In this document: one piece after another, positions 62,124 through 64,000 of the stretch
Layout: each line of letters begins with the position of its first letter
Position numbering within the stretch: position 1 is the first letter of the stretch
NCBI GenBank assembly: GCA_030295235.1
Contig: AP026164.1
Coordinates: 1,054,001-1,118,000, forward strand
DNA: 64,000 bases
DNA from: Fistulifera solaris
Taxonomy: Eukaryota
Reading direction: 5' to 3'
The notes under the pieces: model-generated
The model's input: the letters and a program-made list of their open reading frames with translations, nothing else
The model's database searches: none
What the model was told of the DNA's origin: nothing
Program-made: the position numbers and the translations under genes

Positions 62124-63175
62124 TCAATCAACTCTGAATTCTTGAAGTGCCTTGAAATATTCTTCGTCAATCTTGCCTTCGCCGTCCTCTCCGTCTTCAG
62201 GATCGTATGTTACTCTGGGTTGATATTCTGGATAGTCTCGCCAGCTTATTGCATCCTCGACTCGCGCTTCATTCCATGGTATAGATACTAAAATGTCTCG
62301 AAGACTCCGTTCAACAATATCAAGACAAAAACTGCTTCATATGGTTCCAGTACTCCCAGCATGAATTGCAGCTCGTCCAGTGCCTCTTGGGCATCCGCCA
62401 AAGCCCCACAATGTCTCCACGCACAGGATCCCCAATCAAAGCCAACAATACCTTCCCCCGACTCTCGAATCAATGGCTCATCGATTGCCCGTCGCAGGAA
62501 GCTAGCGGCTGGTTCCAGCTGAGTCAATGGCTCGGAGATAAGTTCAAGGCGAATCAATTCCCATTGATAGTCGTCGGCCAATCCTTTTAATCTCGTCACA
62601 CATTTCAAACATTTTAGCACAGTACTGATTGCCTGCTGTTGATCCATCGTTGTTGATACACTGTCTCGCCACCGACGAACTCTATCTTGTCGATGCGTCA
62701 ACATAACTTCGTTGTAAGAAAGAATTCGATCATTGAGCTCATCTTGGTGACGGAGACCCGCGCGTTGTTCGCGTCCAAAACCCAGTCCGTGAATGGTATG
62801 CGCCCCGAATGTGTGTTCCCAATTTTGCGATGTTCTGTGTCTGGATGGCAAAACATTCGTGCATAGCAAATCCTCCCAGGAAATGAATAATAATGCCATT
62901 AAGGTAGATTGGAGTATAAATAATGACAATGGCGCGATCAATTTGAACCGTTGAATGAACTTGGAAGTCTCCAGATCTGTTTGTAAAGTCAATTGGGATG
63001 ATCGTTCTTCTGAGAACGGAGATTTTGAGAAGTACAGAAATCGTCGTCTTCTTCGCGATTGCCAAGACGAAGACGCAAATGAGAGGCCCCATTGAAATGA
63101 TGCTTCGACCGAGGGAACTTTTAAAGATAGCACCGTCGCGCTCACGCTACAACACAGCGCTTGACTCGCTCGCAT
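62124..63175 (-). CDS. Hypothetical protein, probably plastid-targeted; frameshift near 62328
   Basis: Signal-like N-terminus (VEAS-F), FDWGSCAWRHCGALADAQEALDEL; continues in another frame ..CLDIVERSLRDIL..FRVD*. Confidence 0.6.
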
Positions 63176-63659
63176 CTTTGGGGCAAATTGTTGAACCTAA
63201 CCAGAAATCAAATAATGCTTGGTAAATGACGAATGAATAAGAAGGGACGGGAAGAAATAAGTTTTCTTTTTCGTCATTGCGCAGCCTACCTCCAATGGCG
63301 TTAGGGGTTAGAGGTTAGGTTAGAGATCCAAGTCGTAAGTCGTAAGTCGTACAGTACTAAGTCGTACCAGGTAAGTCGTAGATACGGAGTATAATATTAT
63401 GTCGGAATCTGGAATCTTTTTCCACCGAATCTACAAGTATCGCGGGGGGAGAAACGACCTCCACGTCTTGTACTTTCTTTGAGATAGACACACCTCCCCT
63501 CAATCAACCTCAACGGATTGAAACGCAGGCGAACAAGACAAGCAAATCGAAACCCCTTGCATTTGTTGTTCATGGACATCTCGTATCTTGTAAATCAATT
63601 TCAATTCTTCCTTTCTATTTCATAAAAAGCTACTGCGTGAAACAGTGAATCATGAAGAC

Positions 63660-64000
63660 TCATCTGTCGCATATCATGCCGGTTTGGCGAGCCAGCGAGA
63701 TCTTGACGCGTCCCATCGTGCACCGCATCGTCCGCACCTTACTCAGTCTCCGCCGCAACTCGAATCCAAGCAGTTCGGGGGATCTTACCGGCGAATTAGA
63801 AAACTTAGTCGATGCATTGTTCTTTAAACCTTTGCATGAGATTGTTTCTTCGCCGATGGCTGGTGAGGCTCCCGTTCCACCGGGGATTGAGGGGGCCATG
63901 AACAAGTGGTTGAAAACAAGACAATTAGCACTCGATAAGGCAACATTGATTCAGTTCCTTGTACCGATGAATGTACATCCGCATTCGGGGTCTTCGGGTC
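63660..64000 (-). CDS. Possible 3' end of an unknown gene
   Basis: Coding-like ORF running in from the window edge; no motif recognised. Confidence 0.25.

Overview
Compact, intron-bearing eukaryotic nuclear DNA, most likely a diatom. This rests on short GT-AG introns, bipartite 'xAF' plastid-type presequences and a diatom-type LRR protein. About 30 mostly housekeeping genes are recognisable: AMT 3' end, PGM-family phosphatase, UMP-CMP kinase, CDC20, XAP5/FAM50, ABCG, SPC25, GT64, TAF6, ketopantoate reductase, IAH1, PRPF4, BI-1/LFG and AP-3 sigma. Many are broken by single-base homopolymer indels that look like long-read consensus errors. The outstanding structure is a head-to-tail triplication of a ~3.32 kb unit (12203-22157). 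It cuts through both genes of a divergent pair (XAP5 and an Fe-ADH-like gene), so the only part amplified intact is the intergenic region. That region carries a ~27-unit, 34-bp minisatellite with 10-mer higher-order structure. Other signals are a strongly over-represented intergenic palindrome TACC(A/T)GGTA (17 copies counted by eye), a candidate large structured non-coding RNA at ~50.78-51.4 kb, and a degenerate relative of the satellite in a second divergent promoter. All calls are by eye; no database searches were run.
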